64,000 nt of DNA, from contig JBBRSB010000019.1 of the NCBI GenBank assembly GCA_038245785.1, forward strand, positions 22,972-86,971. The letters run 5' to 3'. Below, one piece after another: positions 1-10,826 of the stretch (within the stretch, counting starts at the first letter, position 1; each line of letters starts with the position of its first letter). The notes under the pieces were generated by a model. It saw nothing but the letters and a program-made list of their open reading frames with translations, searched no databases and was not told the DNA's origin. A program made the translations under genes and the position numbers. This DNA is from Gloeobacterales cyanobacterium. GTDB lineage: Bacteria; Cyanobacteriota; Cyanobacteriia; Gloeobacterales; PMM-0068.

Positions 1-839
1 CAGACCTTCTCCTGAACGTACTTCATTAAGTCAATAATGTCCTGTGCCGTAGCTCCTTCTCTGTTCAAAAAGAAGTTTGCATGAAGTTCAGAAACTTCTA
101 CTCCCCCAATGCGGGTACCCTTGAGGCCAGTATGTTCAATCAGCCAACCCGCCCCATGAGGTTTAGGATTGCGGAAAACACTGCCACAAGTAGGAAAACC
201 AGCCGGTTGTGTTGTCTTTCGATAATGATTACAGCGCTCCACATGAGCCTCACAAACCTTCGGGTCTTGTCCTCCTGACAAATGGAGCGTAGCTTCCAAC
301 ACCACATAGTCCACTTTGGATTGGAGAGAAGAAGTCCGGTAGCTATATTTCAAGTCTTCAGCCGTCCAGATTTCCACATGCCCCTCAGGCGTCATGACCT
401 GGAGGCTGACCACCGATTCAGCCATATCCTGCCCGTGGGCCCCACAGTTCATCACGACGCCGCCACCGACAGAACCGGGGATTCCCACAGCCCATTCCAT
501 ACCTCCTAGCCCTAGCCTCGCTGTCTTGATCGCGAGTTTTGCCAGGGAAACTCCCGCCGCAACGCGGACGAGATCTCCTTCAACTTGCATGTGCTGCAGG
601 GAGCGCAAGCAAACTACCAATCCACGAATTCCTTGGTCGCTTACCAAGACATTACTGCCGAAACCCAACCATGTAATTGGAAGATCGTTTTCTTTGGCCC
701 AGATCAAAGCCGATTGCAGTTCCGGGATGCTTTTGGGTTGGATAAACCATTGAGCACACCCTCCAACTTGATAAGCGGTAAAGGGTGCTAGCACTACAGA
801 AGATTGAATCATTGGAAGAGCAGGAGCGAACATCACCAT
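1..839 (-). CDS. murB: UDP-N-acetylenolpyruvoylglucosamine reductase (3' end runs off window)
   Basis: Not in ORF track. Manual translation: MVMFAPALPMIQSSVVLAPFTAYQVGG... and ...TQPAGFPTCGSVFRNPKPHGAGWLIEHTGLKG...SELHANFFLN. The ATG overlaps the murC stop (TAATG). Confidence 0.93.
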   Translation of the reverse strand, partial: MVMFAPALPMIQSSVVLAPFTAYQVGGCAQWFIQPKSIPELQSALIWAKENDLPITWLGFGSNVLVSDQGIRGLVVCLRSLQHMQVEGDLVRVAAGVSLAKLAIKTARLGLGGMEWAVGIPGSVGGGVVMNCGAHGQDMAESVVSLQVMTPEGHVEIWTAEDLKYSYRTSSLQSKVDYVVLEATLHLSGGQDPKVCEAHVERCNHYRKTTQPAGFPTCGSVFRNPKPHGAGWLIEHTGLKGTRIGGVEVSELHANFFLNREGATAQDIIDLMKYVQEKV

Positions 840-2329
840 TACATCCGCATAGTTTCAGGAGCACGTTCACTGTGCTCTTCTTTTATTTTTGGCTGTTCTT
901 TAGCCGGTTGTTCCTTTGTACTGGCAGGCTCAAGCTGCAGCAGTTCTGAAATTACTGTATTGATGTTACCGGCCCCTAGAAATACGGCCATATCGCCGGG
1001 ATGCAGATTGCGCTGCAACCATTGGGAGACGTCTCCCAGACTGGGGCAATAGTGGACTTGGGTATGGTGCTGGCGTACAGCATCCGCGACGTGACTGCCA
1101 TCAAGACCTGAATAAGTCTCGCCTGCACTGTAGATATCCGTAAGGACAACGACATCGGCATCCTTAAAGGCCGTGCTAAATTCTGTGAACAGAGCCTTTG
1201 TCCGCGTATAACGATGGGGTTGAAAAATAGCCACTATCCGACGGCCAGGATGGAGTTTAGCGGTGGCTAAAGTAGCCCGGATTTCGCTGGGATGGTGCGC
1301 ATAGTCATCGATGAAAACTACGCCATCTCGTTGGCCCCGTTCTTGGAAACGACGCTGTGCCCCCTGGAAGTGCTTTAGGGATTGGGCAATAATCGAGAAA
1401 GGTAAGCCTAATTTGCGAGCAACAGCAACTACGGCAAGAGCATTACTAAGATTGTGACGACCTAATACGCCCAATTCAAGAATTCCCAGCATCTCTTCTC
1501 TTTCGCCTTTGCCTTCCCCTGTTTTTTCCCAGATCCGGGCCTTGGTGCATTCAGCCCCATAGTGAACCTCGTCTGCTCGGAACTGAGCTAAAGGATGGTT
1601 GTCTAGGCTGTACCCGGTCCAAGGAATAGTGCTAGCAGGAATTAAACGCTCGGTAATATTGGCATCATCTAAGCAGGCAACCCAGTGTCTACTCTGCGCA
1701 ATAAATTGCTGAAAGGTCTCGACGATATCATCAATGCCTGCATAGTGGTCTAAGTGGTCTGCCTCCACATTGGTTACTACGGCAATCTCAGGATGAAAAT
1801 GGAGCAAAGAACGGTCTGATTCATCTACTTCCGCGACCAAATATTCTCCACTCCCTGGTTTGGCATTGCCTCCTAGGGAATCCACCTGTGCCCCGATCAC
1901 CACCATCGGATCAAAATCAGCATCACAGAGCAAGGAGCCCATCATGCTAGTAGTAGTGGTCTTGCCATGGGTGCCCGAGATGCCGATCAGTTTTTTAGAA
2001 AAGCTTAAGGCGGCTAAAACCTGAGCCCGATGGAGGATTTCAATTCCCAATTCCCGAGAACGCTTTAGTTCAGGATCATCGTCTGCAATCGCGGTGGAAT
2101 AGACCACCTGATCAACGCCGTCTATGACTTCAGGACTGTGACCGATGTGGATAGAGACCCCATGGGCCTTTAGCTTTTTTGTTTGAGCGTTGCACTGTAT
2201 GTCAGAGCCGGAGACTTTGTACCCGCCTTTCGCGAGCAGGAAGGCTAGGCCAGACATCCCAATCCCCCCAATGCCGATAAAGTGAATAGAATGCTTCAGG
2301 GTGGGGCTGCATTGGGTTTGGGTGGTCAT
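839..2329 (-). CDS. murC: UDP-N-acetylmuramate--L-alanine ligase
   Basis: HFIGIGGIGMSG, GTHGKTTT, EVDESD, DDYAHHP and FQPHRYTR motifs. Confidence 0.97.
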   Translation of the reverse strand: MTTQTQCSPTLKHSIHFIGIGGIGMSGLAFLLAKGGYKVSGSDIQCNAQTKKLKAHGVSIHIGHSPEVIDGVDQVVYSTAIADDDPELKRSRELGIEILHRAQVLAALSFSKKLIGISGTHGKTTTTSMMGSLLCDADFDPMVVIGAQVDSLGGNAKPGSGEYLVAEVDESDRSLLHFHPEIAVVTNVEADHLDHYAGIDDIVETFQQFIAQSRHWVACLDDANITERLIPASTIPWTGYSLDNHPLAQFRADEVHYGAECTKARIWEKTGEGKGEREEMLGILELGVLGRHNLSNALAVVAVARKLGLPFSIIAQSLKHFQGAQRRFQERGQRDGVVFIDDYAHHPSEIRATLATAKLHPGRRIVAIFQPHRYTRTKALFTEFSTAFKDADVVVLTDIYSAGETYSGLDGSHVADAVRQHHTQVHYCPSLGDVSQWLQRNLHPGDMAVFLGAGNINTVISELLQLEPASTKEQPAKEQPKIKEEHSERAPETMRM

Positions 2330-2524
2330 TCCTCAACACCATATATGGGGGACTAGAGAAGGATTCCTATTCATACTCTATCGAGTAGATAAATAGGGAA
2401 GAACTAATAGAAGCACACAGGCGATAGCCTCTTTACCGAGAGTACTATACCGCACGATTCAGCGTATTCGGTAGTTTTCAAAAGAGTTCTTTTACTATAG
2501 GTAGTACCCCTAGCCATTGATGCT

Positions 2525-3154
2525 ATGTCTGAACCCCAAATAGCGTGCTCGAAAGATCCACGGGCGTCCAACGTTCTCACCTGGCTGCAAGCCTATGTCT
2601 CGCCCAAGCGACTGAGGCATATTCTGGGTGTCGAGAAAACGGCTCATGCTTTGGCGCTCCATCATCACGAAGATGCCCAAAAGGCTTCCTGGGCCGGTTT
2701 ACTGCACGATTTAGCCAAACATTTTTCCTCGGAAAAGCTCCTGACAGAAGCGTATCGTCTGGGCGTAGAAGTAGACCCTGTGTGTCAAAAAAATCCGCAC
2801 CTGCTCCACGCTGACATCGGTGCCGCCCTGGCCCAAGAACTCTTCGGAGAGGAGGATGCCCAAGTTCTTCAAGCGATTGCGAACCACACCTTAGGCAATC
2901 CAGACATGGACCGCTTGAGCCAAATTCTTTATTTGGCGGATTGGATCGAACCGATGAGGAAAGGACCGGATGTAGAGCACTTACGTACGCTAGCCTGGGA
3001 TAATTTGGAAGAGGCTACGATGGTAGGCTGTCTCTATGTGCTGGAAGACTTAACCAAACATGGTCAACCGATCCATCCACGCACCCAACAGACCTATGAC
3101 GGGCTTACAGAGAAGCTCACGCTAGCCAAACTGTCCAATACCCCTATGGAGTGA
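2525..3154 (+). CDS. yqeK: HD-domain Ap4A hydrolase, YqeK family
   Basis: [30 protein letters not shown]; directly upstream of rsfS. Confidence 0.9.
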   Translation: MSEPQIACSKDPRASNVLTWLQAYVSPKRLRHILGVEKTAHALALHHHEDAQKASWAGLLHDLAKHFSSEKLLTEAYRLGVEVDPVCQKNPHLLHADIGAALAQELFGEEDAQVLQAIANHTLGNPDMDRLSQILYLADWIEPMRKGPDVEHLRTLAWDNLEEATMVGCLYVLEDLTKHGQPIHPRTQQTYDGLTEKLTLAKLSNTPME

Positions 3155-3164
3155 CCCTAAATCC

Positions 3165-3548
3165 TTGAGTGAACTATCTTCCCTGGACCTTGCTAATACC
3201 TGCGCCCAGGCTGCCGACGAACGTAAAGGCCAAGAAATCCTGTTGATTGAAGTGGGAAAGGCATCGATCATTGCCGATTATTTTGTAGTAGTCACTGGCC
3301 AATCCCGAACCCAAGTCCGGGCCATTGCCAAGGGAATCGAGGATGCGATGGAGGTCAATCATGACCGTAAGCCCACGCATATCGAAGGATCCTCAGAGGC
3401 TAGTTGGGTCTTACAAGATTTTGGGGATGTCATTGTCCAGATTTTCTTGCCCCCGGAGCGCGCATTTTATCAACTAGAAGCCTTTTGGGGTCAAGTCCCT
3501 CAGACGCCTTACCAGTCGGATACTCATCCGCTGCCTCAGCTAAATTAA
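3165..3548 (+). CDS. rsfS: Ribosome silencing factor (Iojap)
   Basis: [39 protein letters not shown]. Confidence 0.95.
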   Translation: MSELSSLDLANTCAQAADERKGQEILLIEVGKASIIADYFVVVTGQSRTQVRAIAKGIEDAMEVNHDRKPTHIEGSSEASWVLQDFGDVIVQIFLPPERAFYQLEAFWGQVPQTPYQSDTHPLPQLN

Positions 3549-3577
3549 CAGACCAAATCAAATAAGGACCCAATTCT

Positions 3578-4036
3578 ATGGAACGGCACTCTGTGGCCTC
3601 AGTGATGACGGCAAATCCCTTCACAACCACTCCAAAAACTCCGATCGCTGAAGTGGTGCAATTGCTCTCAGAAAAGCGGATTAGCGGGCTGCCCGTGGTC
3701 GACGAGCAGGGTTTTTTGGTGGGCATTATTTCTGAAACGGACCTCCTCTGGCAGGAACGAGGGGCCACGCCTCCCAATTTTCTGTTTATTTTGGATGCGG
3801 TGATCCCTCTAGAAGTTCCTGGACACTTTGTGCAGGAACTTCGAAAAGTGCTGGGCAGCACCGTGGCTGAGGTGATGACCAAAAATCCGGTAACCATCCA
3901 TCCAGACCAAACGGCGCAAGAAGCTGCTCAAATCATGATGGACAAGAAAATCCATCGCCTGCCCGTTGTGGATGAGAACAAAGCCTTAGTGGGTATTGTC
4001 ACCCGAGGGGATATTGTCCGGGCCATGGCTCGCTAG
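3578..4036 (+). CDS. CBS domain pair protein
   Basis: Two CBS repeats (ISGLPVVD...LVGIISETDLL; IHRLPVVDE...LVGIVTRGDI). Confidence 0.9.
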   Translation: MERHSVASVMTANPFTTTPKTPIAEVVQLLSEKRISGLPVVDEQGFLVGIISETDLLWQERGATPPNFLFILDAVIPLEVPGHFVQELRKVLGSTVAEVMTKNPVTIHPDQTAQEAAQIMMDKKIHRLPVVDENKALVGIVTRGDIVRAMAR

Positions 4037-4837
4037 GAGAGGTTCATTCTGAACCAACGCCACTAGATAGGCTGCGGAGAATAAAGACTGAACAAAGACC
4101 AAAGCGACGATGCCTAAAATATTGGTTAGGGCTAAGAGTAAAAAGGCTAGGCCCCAAGCCAGCAAGTTCAGCAGCGCTAGAGGCAAAATGGCGGTCCATC
4201 GAGACCAGAATGAAACAAAATTGCGCTGCAAAGATTTGAATACTTTCCCTTCTTCCAGCACTAGGGAAGCTTTCCAGGGAATCAGAAACAAATTAAGGCC
4301 AAGCGTACTGACGAATGCCCCCCAGGTAGCAATATTGAGCTGATTTACAACAGGTTCTAAGTTCTTGGGGACAGCAAATCCTTCAGGAGAAAGTTTGCCC
4401 TGATTTATCTTTTGAGAAAAGTCCTCGGCCAAGGCCTGCAGCTGCTGTAGTTCTTGAATGCTGGTAGTACTCCGGGACCAAGAAGACCAGGCCAGAATAA
4501 TGCCGACAATGGCTGACCAGTAGATAGCTTCTAAGCCGACCATGGGTAGGAACCAGCGTCCAATGCCCTCAAGAAAGGTATCTAAGCTGCTGTTTTTTTC
4601 TTGATTATCTTTTTTTTGTACGTCCTTCCTTCTTAGCGTCTGGAGCGCCTGTTCATGGAACCCTCCAGCAAAGGCTGTCCAGAGGAGCAAAACACCCAAA
4701 AGAATCAGCGGGTTTCTGTCCGATAGTGCGACGAGAAAAAGCGTCACTACATACAAAAGACTGTAGGGAGCCCAAAGTAAAGGGTGGGTTTTGAATAGGT
4801 CCCAGGTTTCCCTGAGCACAGAAGAAAGGGTGGTCAT
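3986..4837 (-). CDS. Hypothetical multi-pass membrane protein
   Basis: 283 aa ORF with about 6 hydrophobic segments; tail overlaps the CBS gene convergently by 51 bp. Confidence 0.7.
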   Translation of the reverse strand: MTTLSSVLRETWDLFKTHPLLWAPYSLLYVVTLFLVALSDRNPLILLGVLLLWTAFAGGFHEQALQTLRRKDVQKKDNQEKNSSLDTFLEGIGRWFLPMVGLEAIYWSAIVGIILAWSSWSRSTTSIQELQQLQALAEDFSQKINQGKLSPEGFAVPKNLEPVVNQLNIATWGAFVSTLGLNLFLIPWKASLVLEEGKVFKSLQRNFVSFWSRWTAILPLALLNLLAWGLAFLLLALTNILGIVALVFVQSLFSAAYLVALVQNEPLLASHGPDNIPSGDNTH

Positions 4838-4933
4838 TGGTGGAGACTAAGGTGCCTCTATCCTAGCAGTGAGCCTGTTGGGCTAGGCGAGGCAAGCCTT
4901 ACCCTGGCTCTACTTCATGGCCGCTTTTTGTGT

Positions 4934-5152
4934 TTAATGCTGATTGGTTTCCCGGTAATTGGCATTGAGCCAGCATTGGGGCAGGGGTTCGCCAGAAAGA
5001 AACATCAGTTCTGATTTGCTCATTGCTTCTGGGTCTTGTAATTCTTCCCCTGCATGAAAACGGCCGGTGATTTCGTGCTTGCATGGATCGAATAGGTCAG
5101 ACAGATCCAAAACTTCGATTAACTCATGGTTCTCTTTATGGCTTAGGAACAT
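4934..5152 (-). CDS. Small conserved protein (GEELQDPE...SGEPLPQCW family, often annotated 'acetyltransferase')
   Basis: 72 aa, GAGGAAG RBS upstream, recognisable motif; function unknown. Confidence 0.75.
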   Translation of the reverse strand: MFLSHKENHELIEVLDLSDLFDPCKHEITGRFHAGEELQDPEAMSKSELMFLSGEPLPQCWLNANYRETNQH

Positions 5153-5271
5153 AAGAACTTCCTCTTGCGAAGGGCTAGGGTATTTCTATCTCTATTTTTA
5201 ATGATGAATTTGGGGATGGGACAGAATCTTCTTAAATCCTTATGCCTCGCCATCTTTGTACAATAGAGCCT

Positions 5272-5952
5272 ATGAACGCTGTAGTTTTGCTGTCTGGGGG
5301 CTTAGATTCGACAACGGTCGCTTATCTTGCCAAAAGTGAAGGTTATACCCTCTATGCCTTGTCCTTTGACTATCATCAACGGCACCGGAGGGAACTGGCA
5401 GCGGCTAAAGCTGTAGCTGAAGCCGTGGGGGTAGAAGAACATCGATTAGTCTCTTTTGACTTGGGTTTATGGGGGGGGTCTGCCCTGACCGATGATGCGC
5501 TGGAAGTGCCGCTGCATCGTAGTGCAGAGACGATGACCACATCTATCCCAATCACCTACGTTCCGGCCCGCAATACTATTTTTCTGAGCTTCGCTTTGGG
5601 TTATGGCGAGGTGGTTGGAGCCCAAGCCGTCTTCGCCGGGATGAATGCCCTAGACTATTCTGGCTATCCCGATTGTCGCCCCGATTATCTGGCGGCCATG
5701 GAAGAGGTATTCCGTTTGGGCAGTAAAGAGGGAAGAGAGGGGACCCCAATCAAAATTTTGACCCCTCTGATTCAAAAAACGAAGCGCGAAATCGTGGAAT
5801 GGGGAAATACGCTCCAGGTTCCGTGGGCGTTGACCTATAGTTGCTATCAGGGGAATGCGGATTCCTGTGGCGTCTGTGATAGCTGCACCCTACGTCTGAA
5901 CGCTTTTAGAGAGGCAGGATTAGTAGACCCGATTGCTTACGCGAAACTTTAA
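5272..5952 (+). CDS. queC: 7-cyano-7-deazaguanine synthase
   Basis: SGGLDS, TYVPARN, DYSGYPDCR, SCY...CGVCDSC. Confidence 0.96.
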   Translation: MNAVVLLSGGLDSTTVAYLAKSEGYTLYALSFDYHQRHRRELAAAKAVAEAVGVEEHRLVSFDLGLWGGSALTDDALEVPLHRSAETMTTSIPITYVPARNTIFLSFALGYGEVVGAQAVFAGMNALDYSGYPDCRPDYLAAMEEVFRLGSKEGREGTPIKILTPLIQKTKREIVEWGNTLQVPWALTYSCYQGNADSCGVCDSCTLRLNAFREAGLVDPIAYAKL

Positions 5953-5964
5953 GGCCCTAGAACC

Positions 5965-8424
5965 TTGTCCGAACTTTTCACCCCAGAACTACAGCAGGAA
6001 CTCAAACGCCTAGAAAAAGCGCTCCAGGCAGAAGTGCAGCAAGGCTACATCAATCTTCAGGGTAGACAGTATCGATTTGCAGAATTTTTGACGCTCAGCT
6101 TAGGACAAAAACCCCCTGCGCCCTTCGCAGCCGACCAGAAGCGCACGTGGATCAATCTGGCCCAGAAGTTTTCCCGCTATGAAGTTTTGGAATTGCCTGG
6201 TCGCCGTTCCTTGATCGCAGAAACCCGCCGTTTTCTCTATCAGATCAATCGTCAGGGAGAGACTCAGCCTACAGCCGTCAAAGAATCTAACGCTTCCTAT
6301 CAGGATAAACTGCCCGCAAGTGCAGAACGTCCAACCCAAAGTCTGGCTAATTCCATTGCTCAGTTGAAGGGCATTGGTCCGAAAGGGGCTCAAGCTTTAG
6401 CTAAGCTGGGGATTCTATATATAGAGGATTTACTGCGCTACTACCCACGGGATTATGCAGATTATTCCAATCAGAAGCTGATTAAGCAAATCCAACCAGG
6501 AGAAACGGTAACGCTTGTGGGGAAAGTTAGGCAAGTGAGCTGCTTTACCAGTCCAAAAAATCATAAACTCTGTATTCTCAGCCTTGTAGTCGGTGATTCA
6601 TCCGGCCGGATCAAGGTCAGTCAATTTTTTGCGGGACCACGATTTACGAGCCGAGGCTGGCAAGAACTCCAAAAGAAAAACTATCCCTTGAATAGTACCG
6701 TTGCCGTTAGTGGCCTAGTTAAAAAGAATGCCAGCGGATTATCCCTTGACAAGCCAGAAATAGAAGTCTTGGATGAAGAAGGGGGTCTATTCCAGGGGAA
6801 AATCATCCCCATCTATGCCTTGACGGAAGGCGTTCCTGCAAGCCTGATCCGTCGCGCTGTTCAACGGGCCCTGCCCTATGCTGAAGCCTTAGGGGAGCCG
6901 CTACCACTTTCCCTGCGCCAAGATTTATCTTTCCTGGATCTGCCCCAAGCTATCCGCAACGTTCACTTTCCTGAAACCAGTGAAGACCATAAAAAAGCGC
7001 GTCAACGCTTAGTATTCGATGAATTTTTCTTTTTACAACTAGGGCTACTGCGCAGGCGTTGGCAACAAAAGGAACAGGAGCCTGGTATTTCTTTTCAGAC
7101 GCAAGGAAAGCTGATTAGTGAGTTTTATAAATTATTGCCTTTTTCTTTCACTGGCGCTCAAAAAAGGGTAACTGAGCAGATTCTGGCTGATTTGGCGGCT
7201 CCCCAACCGATGAATCGTTTAATCCAGGGAGATGTCGGCTCTGGTAAGACAGTCGTGGCCGTGGTTTCTATCTTAGCGGTATTAGAATCAGGGTATCAAG
7301 CTGCTTTTATGGCTCCAACGGAAGTGTTAGCAGAACAGCACTATCGCAAATTAGTTCACTGGTTTAATCAATTACACATTCCAGTGGAGTTGCTGACCGG
7401 TTCTGTGCGGACGGCCAAACGTCGAGAAATTTTGCGCCAGTTAGAAACAGGAGAGTTGAAAATCTTAGTCGGCACCCATGCTCTCATTCAAGAAGCCGTC
7501 CAATTCCAGAATCTTGGTCTTGCCGTCATTGATGAACAGCATCGTTTTGGGGTCCAACAGCGAGCGACGCTACAAAATAAAGGCCGTAATCCCGATGTCT
7601 TAACGATGACCGCTACACCTATTCCCCGAACGCTAGCCCTGACCCTCCATGGCGATCTTGATGTCAGCCAAATTGATGAATTACCGCCAGGAAGGAAGCC
7701 TATTTACACATCTGTTATTCGTCCTAGTGAGCGCAGTCAAGTGCACGAACTGATGCGCCGTCAGTTAGCAGAAGGCTCTCAAATTTATGTAGTCCTTCCC
7801 TTAATTGAAGAGTCAGAAAAGCTAGATCTAAAGTCAGCCACCGAAGAATATGAAAATTTAACGCACGTATTTCCTGAGTTCCAGGTTGGTCTTTTGCACG
7901 GGCGGATGAAATCGGAGGAAAAAGACGCCATCATCACTCAATTTCGAGAAAACCAGCTCCATATTCTCGTCTCTACAACGGTTATTGAAGTAGGCGTCGA
8001 TGTGCCCAATGCTTCGGTGATGGTCATTGAACATGCGGAACGTTTTGGCCTTGCCCAACTCCACCAATTGAGAGGCCGGGTTGGTCGGGGAGCCGCCCAA
8101 AGCTTTTGCGTATTGATTACCCACAGTCAAGGAGACTATGCCCTCCAACGCTTAAATGTTCTGGCCCAATCCAATGATGGATTTGTAATTGCCGAAATGG
8201 ACCTGCGTCTACGAGGGCCAGGCGAAGTTTTGGGTAGCCGTCAATCAGGATTACCAGATCTCGCCCTTGCTTCTTTAGTGGATGACCAAAGTACTCTAGA
8301 ACTCGCCCGCGTCAAAGCCCAGGAAATTATTACCGAAGACCCCGCTTTGCGGAGCTATCCCTTACTGAAGGCAGAGCTAAAGAAACGCTTAAATCACCTG
8401 ATGCAAGGGGCTATTATGACTTAG
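5965..8424 (+). CDS. recG: ATP-dependent DNA helicase RecG (cyanobacterial N-terminal extension)
   Basis: QGDVGSGKT, DEQHRFGV, TATPIPRT, QLHQLRGRVGRG. Confidence 0.97.
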   Translation: MSELFTPELQQELKRLEKALQAEVQQGYINLQGRQYRFAEFLTLSLGQKPPAPFAADQKRTWINLAQKFSRYEVLELPGRRSLIAETRRFLYQINRQGETQPTAVKESNASYQDKLPASAERPTQSLANSIAQLKGIGPKGAQALAKLGILYIEDLLRYYPRDYADYSNQKLIKQIQPGETVTLVGKVRQVSCFTSPKNHKLCILSLVVGDSSGRIKVSQFFAGPRFTSRGWQELQKKNYPLNSTVAVSGLVKKNASGLSLDKPEIEVLDEEGGLFQGKIIPIYALTEGVPASLIRRAVQRALPYAEALGEPLPLSLRQDLSFLDLPQAIRNVHFPETSEDHKKARQRLVFDEFFFLQLGLLRRRWQQKEQEPGISFQTQGKLISEFYKLLPFSFTGAQKRVTEQILADLAAPQPMNRLIQGDVGSGKTVVAVVSILAVLESGYQAAFMAPTEVLAEQHYRKLVHWFNQLHIPVELLTGSVRTAKRREILRQLETGELKILVGTHALIQEAVQFQNLGLAVIDEQHRFGVQQRATLQNKGRNPDVLTMTATPIPRTLALTLHGDLDVSQIDELPPGRKPIYTSVIRPSERSQVHELMRRQLAEGSQIYVVLPLIEESEKLDLKSATEEYENLTHVFPEFQVGLLHGRMKSEEKDAIITQFRENQLHILVSTTVIEVGVDVPNASVMVIEHAERFGLAQLHQLRGRVGRGAAQSFCVLITHSQGDYALQRLNVLAQSNDGFVIAEMDLRLRGPGEVLGSRQSGLPDLALASLVDDQSTLELARVKAQEIITEDPALRSYPLLKAELKKRLNHLMQGAIMT

Positions 8425-8454
8425 CAAAATTGAACGTTGAGCAGTACCACCGGA

Positions 8455-8751
8455 TTACGGAGTCTTATCCACTTGCTCCACCTCTAACCGTCTCAATATA
8501 GAACGTGTCTCTGTCCGAGGTAGGAGTGGCCAACCATCCCGGTCTTCCATTTCTTTCAGAAGCGCGTACAGTTCTCCTCGATTCTCAGGGAGCGAGGATA
8601 CGTAGTAGTTATCACGAATTTGACCGTGTAGCGTTTCTAGAAAACGTAGCAGCTCTAAAAGACCGATACAGTCATCCTGGCGTTCTTTGGCCAGTTCGAT
8701 AAGGGTCTTATAGACATCAGCCAATTCGACGGGTACAAAAGATTGCTCCAA
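8455..8751 (-). CDS. Conserved hypothetical cyanobacterial protein
   Basis: 98 aa, TTG start with GGAG RBS; LLELLR..LE..H..IR...LP.NR..LY.LL.EME..GWP pattern. Confidence 0.7.
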   Translation of the reverse strand: MEQSFVPVELADVYKTLIELAKERQDDCIGLLELLRFLETLHGQIRDNYYVSSLPENRGELYALLKEMEDRDGWPLLPRTETRSILRRLEVEQVDKTP

Positions 8752-8862
8752 AGTTACTCCAAAACGATGTACTTATTAGAGGATAGGGGGTCTTGATGCA
8801 TCTGTGTATAGTACCCGGTTGTCGTAAGCTGGAACATTGGAATGCATCGTGAAAGGGAACCC

Positions 8863-10308
8863 ATGAGCACCATTCGTAAACTCCAGCAACAGCTAATCCA
8901 GCGCGAAATTAGTGCAGTTGAACTGGCAGAACAAACTTTTCAGCGGATTGCTGAGGTAGAGCAAGAGGTTCACGCTTTCTTGAACCTGACGCGTGAGAGG
9001 GCTTTGGCCCAAGCCCATCGGGTAGACGAAAAAATACGGTCTGGAAAAACGCTCAGTCCCCTTGCAGGCATTCCTGTTGCCCTCAAGGACAATCTTTGTA
9101 CGATTGGGTCCCCGATGACCTGTGCTTCCAAGATTTTGGAGGGGTACATGCCTCCCTACGAATCTACGGTTACCCATAAGTTGGACGAGGCTGGGGCGCT
9201 CTTTATGGGCAAAACCAACCTCGATGAATTTGCCATGGGCTCCTCGACGGAGAATTCGGCCTATGGCCCTTCTCGCAATCCATGGAATACTCGCTGTGTC
9301 CCCGGTGGTTCTTCCGGTGGTTCTGCTGTGGCCGTTGCTGCGGGTGAAGCCGTCTATGCCCTGGGCTCTGACACCGGAGGTTCTATCCGCCAACCTGCCG
9401 CACTGTGTGGGGTCGTAGGGCTGAAACCTACCTATGGTTTGGTTTCACGCTATGGCCTGGTGGCCTTTGCCTCTTCCCTTGACCAAATTGGACCCTTTGC
9501 GCCAACGGTCGAAGATGCTGCTTTGGTCTTACAGACCCTGGCAGGCTACGACCCCAAAGATTCCACTAGCCTCAAAGTTGAAATTCCTGATTATAGCAAG
9601 GCCCTCATCCCAGACCTCAAGGGCATGAGAGTGGGCGTTGTCCGCGAGTTCTTTGGCCCAGGAACAGACCCTGACGTTCAGGCTGCCGTAGAGAAAGCGA
9701 TAGAAACCCTAAAAGAATTAGGAGCTGCGGTTCAAGAAATTTCTTGCCCACGCTTCCAGTACGGCCTTTCGGTTTATTACATTATCGCGCCCTCTGAAGC
9801 TTCAGCTAACCTCGCTCGTTATGATGGGGTCCGCTATGGGTTCAGAAAAGAGGCCGATTCTCTGATCCCGATGTATTCCCAAACGCGGGACGAGGGCTTT
9901 GGCCCTGAAGTGAAGAGACGGATCATGATCGGCACCTACGCTCTGTCGGCGGGCTACTACGACGCCTACTACCTGAAGGCCCAAAAAGTGCGCACCTTGA
10001 TCAAGCAAGACTTCCTCGAGGCATACCAAAAAGTGGACGTTCTTGTTGGACCGACCTCTCCCACTACCGCCTTCGAGTTCGGCGCGAAGGCCAGTGATCC
10101 TTTAACGATGTACCTTTCAGACGTCTGCACTATTCCTCTAAACCTTGGTGGAGGAGCGGGGATCAGTATCCCCTGTGGGCTAGACCAGAAAGGGCTCCCA
10201 ATTGGGCTGCAGATTATGAGCGATGCGCTTCAGGAATCTAAGTTGTTCCGTGTGGCCTATGCCTATGAGCAGGCTACCGATTGGCATACAAGGCGCCCGA
10301 ACCTATAA
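8863..10308 (+). CDS. gatA: Glu-tRNA(Gln) amidotransferase subunit A
   Basis: [44 protein letters not shown]. Confidence 0.97.
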   Translation: MSTIRKLQQQLIQREISAVELAEQTFQRIAEVEQEVHAFLNLTRERALAQAHRVDEKIRSGKTLSPLAGIPVALKDNLCTIGSPMTCASKILEGYMPPYESTVTHKLDEAGALFMGKTNLDEFAMGSSTENSAYGPSRNPWNTRCVPGGSSGGSAVAVAAGEAVYALGSDTGGSIRQPAALCGVVGLKPTYGLVSRYGLVAFASSLDQIGPFAPTVEDAALVLQTLAGYDPKDSTSLKVEIPDYSKALIPDLKGMRVGVVREFFGPGTDPDVQAAVEKAIETLKELGAAVQEISCPRFQYGLSVYYIIAPSEASANLARYDGVRYGFRKEADSLIPMYSQTRDEGFGPEVKRRIMIGTYALSAGYYDAYYLKAQKVRTLIKQDFLEAYQKVDVLVGPTSPTTAFEFGAKASDPLTMYLSDVCTIPLNLGGGAGISIPCGLDQKGLPIGLQIMSDALQESKLFRVAYAYEQATDWHTRRPNL

Positions 10309-10310
10309 AG

Positions 10311-10346
10311 AAGCCCTCAAAACCTATAGAAAGGTTTTGAGGGCTT
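10311..10346. terminator. Bidirectional hairpin terminator
   Basis: AAGCCCTCAAAACCT-atagaa-AGGTTTTGAGGGCTT, a perfect 15-bp stem between convergent genes. Confidence 0.85.
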
Positions 10347-10367
10347 TAAAACACACTAAGCAAACGT

Positions 10368-10583
10368 CTAATCGGTCACGATCCAATGTCCCCGTGATGG
10401 TAGATAAGCTGCTCTACCCACCTGATTCAACTCATGGACAGCCCGGAATATTTGCCAGGGAGCCAAGTCGAGATCACGACTCAATTGCACAATAGATCTT
10501 GGTCTATTGGAAAGCTCATCATGGATTTTTTCCGCTACTAACTCTCTGGCGGTGAGTGCTTCTCTAACTACAGTTTGTGCCAT
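10368..10583 (-). CDS. Small winged-helix-like protein
   Basis: 71 aa, AGGGGG RBS, helix-HTH-wing pattern ending in HW; the terminator follows its stop. Confidence 0.65.
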   Translation of the reverse strand: MAQTVVREALTARELVAEKIHDELSNRPRSIVQLSRDLDLAPWQIFRAVHELNQVGRAAYLPSRGHWIVTD

Positions 10584-10791
10584 TGCTAAAACCCCCTAAA
10601 GGCCTATCTCAATAAAGAATGTGGGCCTAACCCCAACACCAAAAAATTGTTTCTTTCTATAGTTATAGTCTTTTTTTTGAGCGGGGATCACGTCTAGGCA
10701 TAAATTTGAAGAATGTTATGTCTAAGGGAATAGTTTAGGCAAAGAGCACTTAGCTCTAACATAAATTATTGTTATCAAGACACCCAAACTT

Positions 10792-10810
10792 GTTACAAAT
10801 GAGTTACATA
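10792..10810. promoter_or_regulatory. HLR1-like direct repeat (OmpR/RpaB-type site)
   Basis: GTTACAAA-tga-GTTACATA. Both halves match (G/T)TTACA(A/T)(A/T), but the spacer is 3 nt rather than 2. Confidence 0.45.
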
Positions 10811-10826
10811 AACTTTTCATTATGAT

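Noticed and set aside
10368..10583. Z-DNA-binding (Zalpha) domain
   Set aside because: The wHTH layout and terminal Trp are similar, but the key Asn/Tyr and PPxW residues are absent
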